A stretch of DNA of 59,208 nucleotides, the filler included, from Fonticula-like sp. SCN 57-25 (lineage: Eukaryota): assembly GCA_001724245.1 (NCBI GenBank). It is 6 parts of 6 records of this genome, joined end to end, with 100 filler letters (N's around TTAATTAATTAA, not from the genome) between each part and the next. Parts side by side here need not be neighbours in the genome. Positions count along the whole stretch, not along the records: positions 1 to 9,171 come from MEDX01000267.1; positions 9,272 to 18,440 come from MEDX01000268.1; 4 more parts are not named here. The stretch is one strand, 5' to 3'. The notes beneath the pieces were generated by a model that saw nothing but the letters and a program-made list of their open reading frames with translations, was not told the DNA's origin and made no database searches. The translations under genes and the position numbers were made by a program. This document shows positions 1 to 9,754 of the stretch, in pieces (within the stretch, counting starts at the first letter, position 1; the number at the start of each line of letters is the position of its first letter).

Positions 1-1
1 C

Positions 2-910
2 CCCCCCGTCAAGCGAATCCTTTCCCTGTACGGCACAAATGTGCCCACCGAAGTCGGCTACAAAGTTGCCGCAGTCCCCGAAAAAGACTCTCACGGCCGC
101 CCCACTGGCCGCTCTTCCATAACACTTCGCTCAGAAGTACTTGAAACTTCCGGCGGTATTTTAACAGAACGCGACACGTCCAATTTGATTTCGCTGACAA
201 AAGTTGTCGGACAGTCAAAGTATAACAAAAGCGGCGATGGAACTGTTCCTTATGCGTCGCTAGCGTGGGCAAACACGTGGCATTTTGATGATGTGACTGT
301 AACGGAAGTACCCGCAACGGTGCGGCTCGATATTGACGCTGTTTTGGGCTCGCTTGGCGAGGAAGTGACTAGCATGGTGCAGAGCTTGAATACGCTCGAG
401 CCGGCTTACACAAAGTACGAGTCAAGTAGAGTGGACGAAAATGGCGAAAAATCGGTCGTTACAGTCATTGAACTCGATGCAGTGTCGCACAGAGACGCTA
501 TTAAAGACCTGTTTTTGTTTAAAATGTTTAAGGACGAGTTTTTGTGGCAGGTAAGGTCAGAGTTTTTCAGCGAAAGAAGCTGGGGAGAAGGCGACGGATT
601 CGGCGGCGAAAGTGGAAGAGGAAGTAATGTAGAAGAGCGTGGCGAAGAACATTTGCCTATGGAAGGGCTGTGGGGCTTGCTGAGCAAGTTTTCGTCGAGG
701 CACTTTAGGGATATTACGGCAGAGTCGATTTTTGCGAGGTTGAATGGGACGAAAAAGGTGGCGGTGGATGAGGAGAAGGAGACGGTGGTGGGGGAGGAGG
801 AGAGTAGTGAGGCGGTCGTGGCGGCGGTCGTGGAAGAGGATAAGGAAAGACTTGTTATTGTTGAACATGAGGAGGAAGTGGAAGAGAAGGTAAAGGAGGA
901 GATTGAATAA
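2..910 (+). CDS. Phospholipid:sterol acyltransferase (PSAT1-like, LCAT family), C-terminal part; 5' end outside window
   Basis: Frame open from base 2: PPVKRILSLYGTNVPTEVGY, SGDGTVPYASLAWANTW (catalytic Asp region), VIELDAVSHRD (catalytic His); these motifs resemble plant PSAT1; acidic low-complexity tail. Confidence 0.75.
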   Translation, partial: PPVKRILSLYGTNVPTEVGYKVAAVPEKDSHGRPTGRSSITLRSEVLETSGGILTERDTSNLISLTKVVGQSKYNKSGDGTVPYASLAWANTWHFDDVTVTEVPATVRLDIDAVLGSLGEEVTSMVQSLNTLEPAYTKYESSRVDENGEKSVVTVIELDAVSHRDAIKDLFLFKMFKDEFLWQVRSEFFSERSWGEGDGFGGESGRGSNVEERGEEHLPMEGLWGLLSKFSSRHFRDITAESIFARLNGTKKVAVDEEKETVVGEEESSEAVVAAVVEEDKERLVIVEHEEEVEEKVKEEIE

Positions 911-1129
911 TGTTTTGTTTTTGTTATTTTAAACCAGATTCATAGATGAATTATGGCTCTATTTGGAATTGATCACAATAAACTAGTATCATAATAATAT
1001 ATCGTTGATCAAATTGACAGTGATTTGATAAATATGTACCATAAAATATCTGTTTTAATGCACAATTTGGCACTGATTTGTGTCTTTTTCATTAACATTT
1101 ATGCTTGAATTCCACTTTATTCATCGTTT

Positions 1130-3337
1130 TTACAAATACTTTTCCCCGATCTTCTCCACAATCCCCAAAATCTGCTTCTTCGCCTTCTCCCTCACCTCCT
1201 CCTCCTCGCCCTCCCCCACAACCCCCGCATACTCCTTCAACACTTCCACCACATCCTTCAATGCCCCACCTCTCACGCGCAACTTTCCTTCCGCCACTTT
1301 GCTGACGTCACCTTCCGACTCTGCCGCCACGGCGCCGAGCGACGCGCAAACAAGGCGAAGTACAAAAAGACCACCGTCGAGACGACGAGAGTCAGCGACT
1401 GCGTCCCACGTGGCCATGTCTTCAGCGTCGTAGTCGCCTGACGCCACGTGGGCGCGGCGCTCTGCTGCGAGTTCGCGGTTGGTGGCTTCGCTGCGGGCCG
1501 TGTAGGTAAAGTAGAGCTCAATGAGGCGGTCAAGTTTTTCGTGTGACTCTTCGGTGAATTTTTCGAAAAGGCGGCGGCGAAAATCGCCTGTTGAGTATTG
1601 AATAAGGGCGGAAATGACTGAAATGGAATGTTCTTCTTCGGCGGATTCGGAATATGAGCCTTTGTAGGTTTTTTTGAGTTTTTTGAGGCCTTTTTGCATA
1701 AAGGCGGCGAAGAGGGTGCCGAGGCCGAGAACGTCAATGAAACTGATTGCGTGTTAGTTTTTCATTGGATGAGAAGAGATATTAAGGCGCACTGATTGGC
1801 GCTCTCGGTCGCGTCAAAGCCGCTCAGGGCGTAGGCAAGTACTTTGACTGCATTCTTGCGTGCAAGCTTCTTTTCCCTATAAAATCGCATGCGATTTAGC
1901 TTATGATCAATGACAATGATTTCCCCCTATACTTTGACCACTATACTTTACTTTACACACTATACTTTGAACATTATACGTTACTTTAACCACTAAACTA
2001 CACTATACTTTACATACTAAATTACACAATACTTTAACTCAAACTATACTTTTCCATTATACTTTCCTTTGCCCACTTTCCCTTCTTCACTTTCCGATGC
2101 GTACTTTATCATCATGATCATGAGTTCGAATCCCTCCGCCGCCTTAAACTCCACCTTATTTTCCTTCTCCATCAACGCCGAGCACAGCGCATCAAACAAG
2201 TTTTCCATAAATTCAACTTCGTCGTCGCCGCCCGCCGGGTCGCGCCGCTTGTACGCATTGAGGCACATGAGAAGTGTGTCAAGGCCGTTTTGCTTTGCCA
2301 GCAGAAGACGATTGGCTGAACAGATCATTTAGACTTTGCAAACTAAATCCTAGTTTGCGTACCTTTGCTGCCTTGAAGCATGATGGAAAGTACTTCGCTG
2401 GCGTACTGCTTATTGGGGGTAAATTCGCGAACTTGAATGCGCTTCAGGAGCCATGAAAGAAGGTCGGTTTTTTCAGCGAGCGTCTCTGCGAGAGACGGGC
2501 GAATGTCCATAAGGTTCTCGCAGACGGCTAAGCGCACATTAGTGGAAAGGACACTTTTTAGGTATTATTGGCCAATTGGAACGCACCGAGAGTGCTAAAG
2601 ACGCCCTGGCTGTCCTCGGCGACGCTCTCGTTGAGCCGCCGCAGGTTTTGGATGAGCGACTCGAACGCGAGCTGCTTGCCCTAAGACGCGTGTGAGCGGC
2701 CGCTACACTGAAAAGAGGCGCGCGTACGAGCTCGTCAATGAACAGGTCGACTTGGTCGATGTGGGCGCCGTCGGCGGCGACGCTGTCGGCGTCCGTCATC
2801 TCCTTGAGCAGCTCGACGACGTCGATGGCGATGTCAGTGTTTTCGTGGCTAAGCAGGCCGACGAGCGACGCCACGACGCCGAGGCTCACGAGAATGCCGT
2901 AGAGGTGCGGGACGGTTGCGACGGCGTGGAAGCGCTTGAGCTCCTCGTCAAGATCGGCCTCGCTCTCAATAAACCTGCCAGGGCGTCAGAGGAAAGGCAT
3001 GAGGATGACGGACGCACTTTTCGGGCTGACCAGCATACTTGACGCGCAGCTGCTGGTTCTTGTTAATGGAGCGCTCGAGCTGGAGAACCATCTTTTTAAG
3101 GCCAGGCGCGTCCAGCGTGGGGGCATCAATCTCTTCCATGTGCTCAACAAGCTCGCTCACCGTCGGGGCGGCAGATGCGCCAGCCGACGATGATGCTTCG
3201 GCATAGTCGTCGCCACGAGCGCGCTTGTGCGGCGGCGAGTCGGGCTCATGCGACCGCTAAATAGCAACAAAAAGTGAGTGCTTTGCAGCCTAAATTCAAG
3301 CAAAAACGCCTACCTTCATCAGCTTGGAGACGTCCAT
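1130..3337 (-). CDS. CTNNBL1: Beta-catenin-like protein 1 (spliceosomal Prp19 complex), multi-exon
   Basis: Start MDVSKLMK; LERSINKNQQLRVKY, LLSHENTDIAIDVVELLKEMTD, NKQYASEVLSIMLQ, EFMENLFDALCS, EKLDRLIELY, SRRLDGGLFVL; several GT-AG introns. Confidence 0.93.
1925..2070. repeat. Degenerate CTATACTTT-type repeat filling a CTNNBL1 intron
   Basis: Repeated (a)ctatacttt / atacttt units between 1927 and 2066. Confidence 0.7.
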
Positions 3338-3381
3338 GATGCTCAGCAACGGCGCTGTGCGATGTGTCACTGCTTCTGATT

Positions 3382-3394
3382 ATTGGACCAATCA
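3382..3394. promoter_or_regulatory. Paired CCAAT boxes upstream of CTNNBL1
   Basis: ATTGGACCAATCA ~45 nt upstream of the ATG; CCAAT boxes recur upstream of many genes in the window. Confidence 0.45.
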
Positions 3395-3624
3395 CATCAT
3401 TTATCCCTGATTTTCATCCAATCATGTTCAAGGAGACTGTACTCTGCGCCTCTGCGCCTGCCTATGCTCAAGGGCCTCAATGAATGCCATACAGAATGAA
3501 TTATTATATTTACACATATTGCTGTAATCCAATAAAGGTCTTCAGCAGGAGCAGCAATTGTAGTATTAGTCGCATCCATCTAAATCATCATCATCGCCAT
3601 GGCGGCATCTCGCGCCATCCCCGC

Positions 3625-4549
3625 CTAAACATCGAGTCGCGATGTCTTGAACACGAACAGGACGAGGATAGCAAAGATGAGAAACACGCCCGTGATAGGC
3701 ATGTAGTACTCGAACGGGAACCCGCCGGTCGTCGGCATGAGCACGATGAGCTTGAATGTCCACCCCAAAAACGTCGCCAAGAAAATATAAATGTACGTCC
3801 TCTGCATGCGCATCAGCATGCACGTCGACAAATTCATGAGCTCTGCGTCGTTCGTGTACGAAAGCCGCAGCCGCTCGCGCCATGTCGCGGCGGGAAGCTC
3901 CGGCGCGAGAATGTGCGCAAACATGCCGCGCTCCATGAGCCGGCAGCGATGCCGCACCAGGCAATAGTACATGTACCGGCGCGCCTCCAGTACGCAGAAT
4001 ATCAGCTGAAGCATCAAAATGAAAAAGAAAAAGTATTGAGGGATGACGTTTGAGCCGAGCGCAAAAGTGACGAGTGCGCCCATCGTCGTCACGGCCCAGT
4101 TGGTCGTCGTGTCCATGCGCACGCGGTACACTGTCAGGCGGCCAACTTCGGCACGATAAAGATGCGCAAGCGGACCAATCTCATCGGCGGCGAGATCGCA
4201 CGCGGAGGAAGCGCCCTCGATCAGCATCTCTTCACCATACTGCGACCGATGCATGTCTACCATTGCGTGAGCGGAATCCTGAGCAAGGCAAGTAAGGCGC
4301 ACCTAGTGCTACACCCTTGAACAGCGCAGTCTGATCAAGCCGCTCAGCGTGCACGCCCTGGCTCGTCTCTGTGCGCGTCTTTGACGTAGACCCGCCGCGC
4401 GAGAGCGGGATCCCACCGGTGGCGGCCGAGAGCGGGATCGCACCCGATGGCGAAGCATCGGCGTTTTCCGCAGGCGGCGCGGACGGCTTCCTGCTGCCAA
4501 TCCCCTTCTTCTTGAAAAAGTCCGACACGTGCGACGTGGTCGGATACAT
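3625..4549 (-). CDS. DUF2270 family integral membrane protein (one intron)
   Basis: HLYRAEVGRLTVYRVRMDTTTNWAV and LEARRY motifs, multiple TM segments; short GTGCGC..TAG intron near 4257-4302 joins MYPTT exon in frame. Confidence 0.8.
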
Positions 4550-5022
4550 GGCGGCGGCGCAGGTGAGCGGCAGCACGCGCAGGCTACACTAGGCAAACGA
4601 GGCGATCTGATGGAGGACCGGCGCAGACCGCTCTCTCCGGGGCGGAGCCGAGCAACCAACGACGTGTCAACTACCCCTGAATCTGCCCCGGATTAAATGC
4701 GGGGGTGGTACCGGGATTCCCAACAGGGCTCCGCCACGTGGGTGACTATCAAGGAAGGAAATGCGCGGAAAAGGGCGCTATATTCAATGAAAAGGAGCCT
4801 GTAAGGCAAGCAGCTATACTATTTAAATACTTGACTTGCTCTTTGTTGTATTTTAAAAGAGACGCCAATACCCTTTTCCATCTTATGGATTTGATGTGCC
4901 ATACACAAAATGAACATACCTCCTCATACAGCGTGAATATTGTATTAAAGTATTGATAGAGCGTGTCAAACAAATCTTTTATGTCATTAGAATACAGAAA
5001 AAAGTACACAAGAAGCTTTTTC

Positions 5023-8000
5023 TTATCTGCGCCGCGGCTTTGACGTCGACGCCCCAAGGCTAAACTGCACTCCACCCTGCGACTGCGCGCCAAACACGGG
5101 CGCCGCCGCCGCGCCACCGAAATTGAACGTCGATGTCGGATTGGCCGCCGGCGCAGCGCCGCCAAACGGCGAAGCGGACGCGGCCGGCGGGGCAAACGCG
5201 CCGCCAAAACCGGACGCGGTCGCAGTGCCAAAAGTAGACGACTTGCCTGGCGTGCCAAATGTCGGCGAAGGCGCGGCGGCGGTCGAGTTAAAACCGCCAA
5301 AAGCGGGCGCGGCGGAGGGCGCGGCGGCGGGCTTGGCACCGCCAAAGGAGAAGGCGGGGGACGCTGCTGATTGGGCGTTGAATGCAGGGGACGCAGCTGA
5401 TTGGCCGCCAAAGGCAGGAGCTGATTGGGCGCCAAAGGCAGGCGTGGTCGATTGAGCGCCAAACGCAGGCTGAGTTGATTGAGCGCCAAAGGCAGGAGCA
5501 GATTGAGCGCCAAAGGCAGGAGACGCAGTTGATTGGCCGCCGAAACCGGGCTGAGCACCTGATTGGGCGCCGAAAGCAGGCTGACCTCCTGATTGGCCGC
5601 CAAAAGAGGGTGTTGTGGTGGTCGGCGTCTGCGCGCCAAAGGAAAAGGCCGGCTTGTTCGCCTGAGCACCCGCTGCCTGGCCTCCTGATTGGCCTCCAAA
5701 CGCAGGCTGAGCACCTGATTGGCCACCAAAGCCAGGCTGAGCACTAGGCTGGGCACCAAAGGCAGGAGACGCAGTCGATTGAGCACCAAACGCCGGAGAA
5801 GCACTAGGCTGAGCGCCAAAAGCGGGAGCAGCTGATTGGTTACCAAAGCCAGGCTGAGCACCTGATTGGCCGCCATTCATTGTCGCCGCAAACGGATTCG
5901 CCGCCGCGCCGGCACCAAAGCTCGGCTTCACCGCGGGCGATGCCGCTGGCGCCGACTGACCACCAAAAGAGAAAGGCGACGCAGCGGGTGCCGCGGACGG
6001 CGCTGCAATGGCGGCGGGCTTGGCGGCGGTCGGTATCGAAAGGAGGTTTGCTTGCGAGCCAAAGGAGGGAATGCCAATGGACGGCGCGGCACCGAAACTG
6101 AATCCACCCGAAGGAGCAGCAGGTGTGGGGGTAGATGCTGCAGGTGCAGCACCAAAGGAAGGCGCAGCAGCAGCAGGAGCAGCACCAAAGGAAGGTGTAG
6201 TTGTAGGTGCAGCACCAAAGGCAGGAGCAGCAGCAGGTGTAGATGCTGCAGGAGTTGCACCAAAGGAAGGTGTAGATGCACCGAAAGAAGTTGCAGCAGA
6301 TGCACCTGCGGGAGTGGCGCCAAAGGAGGGTGCTGCAGCAGCAGGAGTGGAAGTGCCAGTGGCGGGTGAAGGTGCAGCACCGAATGAAAATCCACCTGGA
6401 GCAGCAGCAGGCGCAGCAGCAGGCTTGGCAGCAGGAGCACCAAACGCAGGTGCAGCAGCAGGTGTAGCAGCAGGTGCACCAAAGGCGGGGGTCGTAGTAG
6501 GTGCAGCAGCAGGAGTGGCACCAAAGGCAGGTGTAGCAGGTGCAGCAGCAGGAGTGGCAGCAGGTGCAGCAGAAGCATTGCCAAATGAAAATCCACCTGC
6601 AGCAGGTGCAGCAGCAGCAGGCGCAGCAGAAGGCGCAGGCGTACTACCAAAGGAAAATCCACCCGCAGCAGGTGCAGCAGCAGCAGGTGCAGCAGCAGGC
6701 GCAGGCGTACTACCAAAGGAAAATCCACCCGCGGCAGGTGCAGGTGCAGCAGCAGGTGCAGCAGTAGTACTAGCAGGTGCAGCAGTAGTACTAGCAGGTG
6801 CAGCAGCACCAAAGGCAGGTGCAGTAGCAGTACTAGGTGCAGCAGCAGGTGCAGCAGACGTCGGTCCACCGAATGAAAACTTGGGGCCGCCGTCGGCCGC
6901 CGCCGGTGCAACAGCGGGCTTTGTGTCGGAGGTCGCCTTGGGCTTTTCCACGTAAGGCTCAAGCTGCGTCTTGGGCGCGATGTTCAGGGCAACGGGAACA
7001 AGCTCGGTCCTCTCTGGCGGGGCAGCCTATGGAAGGAGTAAGAAAAACAATTGATAATGACATTAAAACTACATGAAAATATCACAAAAATTACCAAAAA
7101 TGACCAAGAAAGTCACAAAAAACATGAAATCGACCCAAAAATGCTCACAAAAACACTAAAACATGCATCTAAACACCACCAAAATACGACAAAAACTTCC
7201 AAGACGCACCACATTGGTTCCCTGCCTGAGCAGCTCCTCCACCCTCTCATCCACCACCTCCTCTGCGATATCCACAATCGACCTCGCCGTCGGAATCGCC
7301 GGCCTCTTCACCACCCTCTGCGTCGTCGCCGACATCGGCACTCGCCCCGCGCGCGCCGCCTTCCCGGGCGTCCCAAAATTGACCGCCTCGCGCGGCGTGT
7401 GCGGCGTGCTCGGCGCCATCCGCGGCGGCGGCTCTGTCGACGGCGCCTGACGTGCCACTGCGGGCGTCGCGACGGGCGTCACAGCAACGGGTTCGTCCAT
7501 GGCAACGTCGGTTTGTGTGCTTGCAGTCGCAGAGGGCGGCGAAGCAGAGACGCTCGCGCGGCGCGACGGCGCTTTTGAGGGGGTCGACTTTGACGGCTTC
7601 TTTGCTTGCGAGGAAGGCGCAGTGGACGCTGCGGGGCGCTTGCGGGAAGACTTGGCAGTGGGCGTGTCGAGGTCGACGTCCATTGGGTCAGAGGGGGCGT
7701 CGTGAGCGGTGCGCCGCTTCTTGGGGTGCGCGTCGGCGGCAACGGTCGACTGCGGCTTATCCTAAATTAACAAATTAGCAACAGTTGACATGAAAAATGA
7801 CATGATTGACATGAAACTAATATGAAAGAGGCACAAAAAACAATAACAATAAACATACCGAGCCGGGAAGTGCGCGCTTTGATTGGCGAGCATTGGGCGC
7901 CTCGGCTTGTACGGGCTGGAACTCTGGCACGAGCTCGTAGACGACCGGACGATCCTGGCCCTGAGTGTACAGCTCGGGCGACGAAAAGAAGGAGCGCGAC

Positions 8001-8503
8001 GTTGTCGAGAACGTCGATGCGCTCGAGGGCTCCCAGCGCGCGTGATCGACCGCTGATGCCGGGGTCAGCAACGGCACGCATGATGGGGATGGGGCGTACG
8101 ATCGGGCGCAGCGTAGGCATGCGAAGGGAATGCGGGCGCAGTCGTCTCAAACATCATGCTGCGAGCACCGGCATCAGCATGCCACCTGTATCATAGCGTT
8201 AGCTTCATCGTCTCTTTACAGCATCAGGCGCGCACGATCGCTTCGAAGCGGCATCAGGTGACGTGCGCGGCAATCTCCTCTCTGCCAAAGACCGTCAGCA
8301 TCAAACCACCGCAGCACAGCCATCCCCGCACCCATAATAACCGCCTCGCGACGCTGTCCCTGCGCGACCGGCACGAGCGCCTCGTGCACGGCAACGGGCA
8401 CCACCCGCGACGGGGCGCCGATGCGACCCTCTTTCTTGAGCAGCATCCAGTAGGCGGCGGCGGCCAAGCACGCCAAAAGGGCGAGCAGCACCGTCCACAG
8501 CAT
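5023..8503 (-). CDS. Transmembrane FG-repeat nucleoporin, POM121-like architecture (~1017 aa, 6 exons)
   Basis: Exons 8503-8332, 8281-8236, 8185-8100, 8052-7859, 7761-7210, 7026-5023 splice in frame through canonical introns; N-terminal hydrophobic helix, PKKRR/SRKRP basic motifs, ~640 aa of PAFG/FSFG repeats, basic C-terminus FSLGASTSKPRRR. Confidence 0.75.
6583..6760 (-). repeat. Three ~60-bp tandem units encoding APAAGGFSFG(STPAP) within the FG nucleoporin
   Basis: aaaatccacc(t/c)gc(a/g)gcaggtgca repeated at ~6587, ~6654, ~6720. Confidence 0.8.
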
Positions 8504-8715
8504 TGCCCGCTCGTGCTGTCAATAAAATATACGGCAATACAATGCGCGCAAGATAAATAACAAAGCCTGTATAAACTAGTCGGCACGCGCGCGTCCTTTT
8601 TTTCCTCGTCAAGATCAGCGCCGCGTGCACGTAACGCGCAAAGATTTCGCGCGCCACCGCGGCCACGTGGATAACCACAGCCGTTCCCGCCGCGCCGATA
8701 GAAAGCGCGGGCGCA

Positions 8716-9171
8716 ATGTCGACGGCGGACTTTGAGAGCCTCAAGCTGATTCGGTGCGCTTCTCGCCGCTTTTTCCTCATTAACTGCTGCTGTTGTGTTG
8801 CTCTTTTGTTTCATATAACTTACGTTTCTTTTTCAGGCAAGATGGCGATCGTCTGGAGCAGGTGCGCGAGGTGTACCTCGAGATGGCAACCAAGGCCGAG
8901 ATGCTGCAGCAGATGCTGAGCGACGTTCGGCTGGAAAAGCAGTCGCTTCTGCGCGAAAAGAACGAGTACCTCGGCCTCTTGCGCGCTGTTCAGCAGGACA
9001 TCGACGCCGTACGTGCCCTTTAATGCCAGCACATCGGCATCTGACCATGGTCGACCAGACGTCGCAACTTGAGGATCGACTCGTGCAGCGCCACGAAGCG
9101 CAGCAAGCAGAGCTCAAGCAGCTCCAGGACGTTCAGTTTGAGCCTCTCAAAGCACAACTGGACGAAATGCG
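8716..9171 (+). CDS. ZC4H2: ZC4H2-like coiled-coil protein, truncated by contig end
   Basis: Spliced FESLKLIR|QDGDRLEQVREVYLEM...LLREKNEYLGLLRAVQQDIDA|...FEPLKAQLDEMR parallels ZC4H2 LESIKEIR...[20 protein letters not shown]...YKPLKEHVDALR; zinc finger not in window. Confidence 0.65.
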
Positions 9172-9271
9172 NNNNNNNNNNNNNNNNNNNNNNNNNNNNN
9201 NNNNNNNNNNNNNNNTTAATTAATTAANNNNNNNNNNNNNNNNNNNNNNNNNNNNNNNNNNNNNNNNNNNN
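9172..9271. other. Artificial contig linker (44N-TTAATTAATTAA-44N)
   Basis: Identical 100-nt spacer with stops in all six frames, repeated five times. Confidence 0.98.
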
Positions 9272-9596
9272 CGGGGCAGGCGTTGATTGGTCAAACTGGG
9301 ATCCATTGATTACAAAATCAGACCCAACTGTACCCCAGATCCTGGCCCAGACTTTTTGTAAACGGCCGTGAATCGCGTTATAGGAATGCGATCACACTTT
9401 CACGCGCGCCTGGGCCCCGCGCGCCAAATTGCAGGCTTTTTTTCCTGTTCTTTCTTGTCTTTGGCTCCCGCCTTCCCCCCGCCTCCCCGCGGATTTCCCA
9501 CGTGCATCCCGACAAGGCCCGGTTCGACAGCGTCGGATTGCGCCGAGTTCTGGGTTGACCGAGTTGACCTTTTTCGCCGCCGTTCGGGCGCACAAG

Positions 9597-9680
9597 ATGC
9601 TTGCTGCCTATTTCCACGCTAACGAGACAGTTGCGGAGGACTACCTTGCCGACCAGGTTTGGAAGGCGAGCGGGATCTGA
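9597..9680 (+). promoter_or_regulatory. Arginine attenuator peptide (AAP) upstream ORF, 27 aa
   Basis: MLAAYFHANETVAEDYLADQVWKASGI; core EDYLADQVWKA matches fungal AAP QDYLSDHLWRA / QDYISDHIWKT; stop 74 nt before the CPA1 ATG. Confidence 0.85.
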
Positions 9681-9754
9681 AGGAAAGCACAAGAAAGCAC
9701 CTTCCGACTCCTTTTTTTCATCCTTTTTCTCTTTAAATAATTCACCACTTCACC

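Noticed and set aside
4680-4750. GC-rich stretch checked for a tRNA or other structured RNA
   Set aside because: No cloverleaf or recognisable A/B box
4749-6962. Leu-rich and Gln-rich alternative-frame ORFs over the nucleoporin
   Set aside because: Frame-shifted readings of Ala/Pro/FG repeat codons
9172-9271. TTAATTAATTAA palindrome inside N runs, recurring roughly every 9-10 kb
   Set aside because: Identical 100-nt artificial linker with six-frame stops; neither the periodicity nor gene adjacency across it is biological
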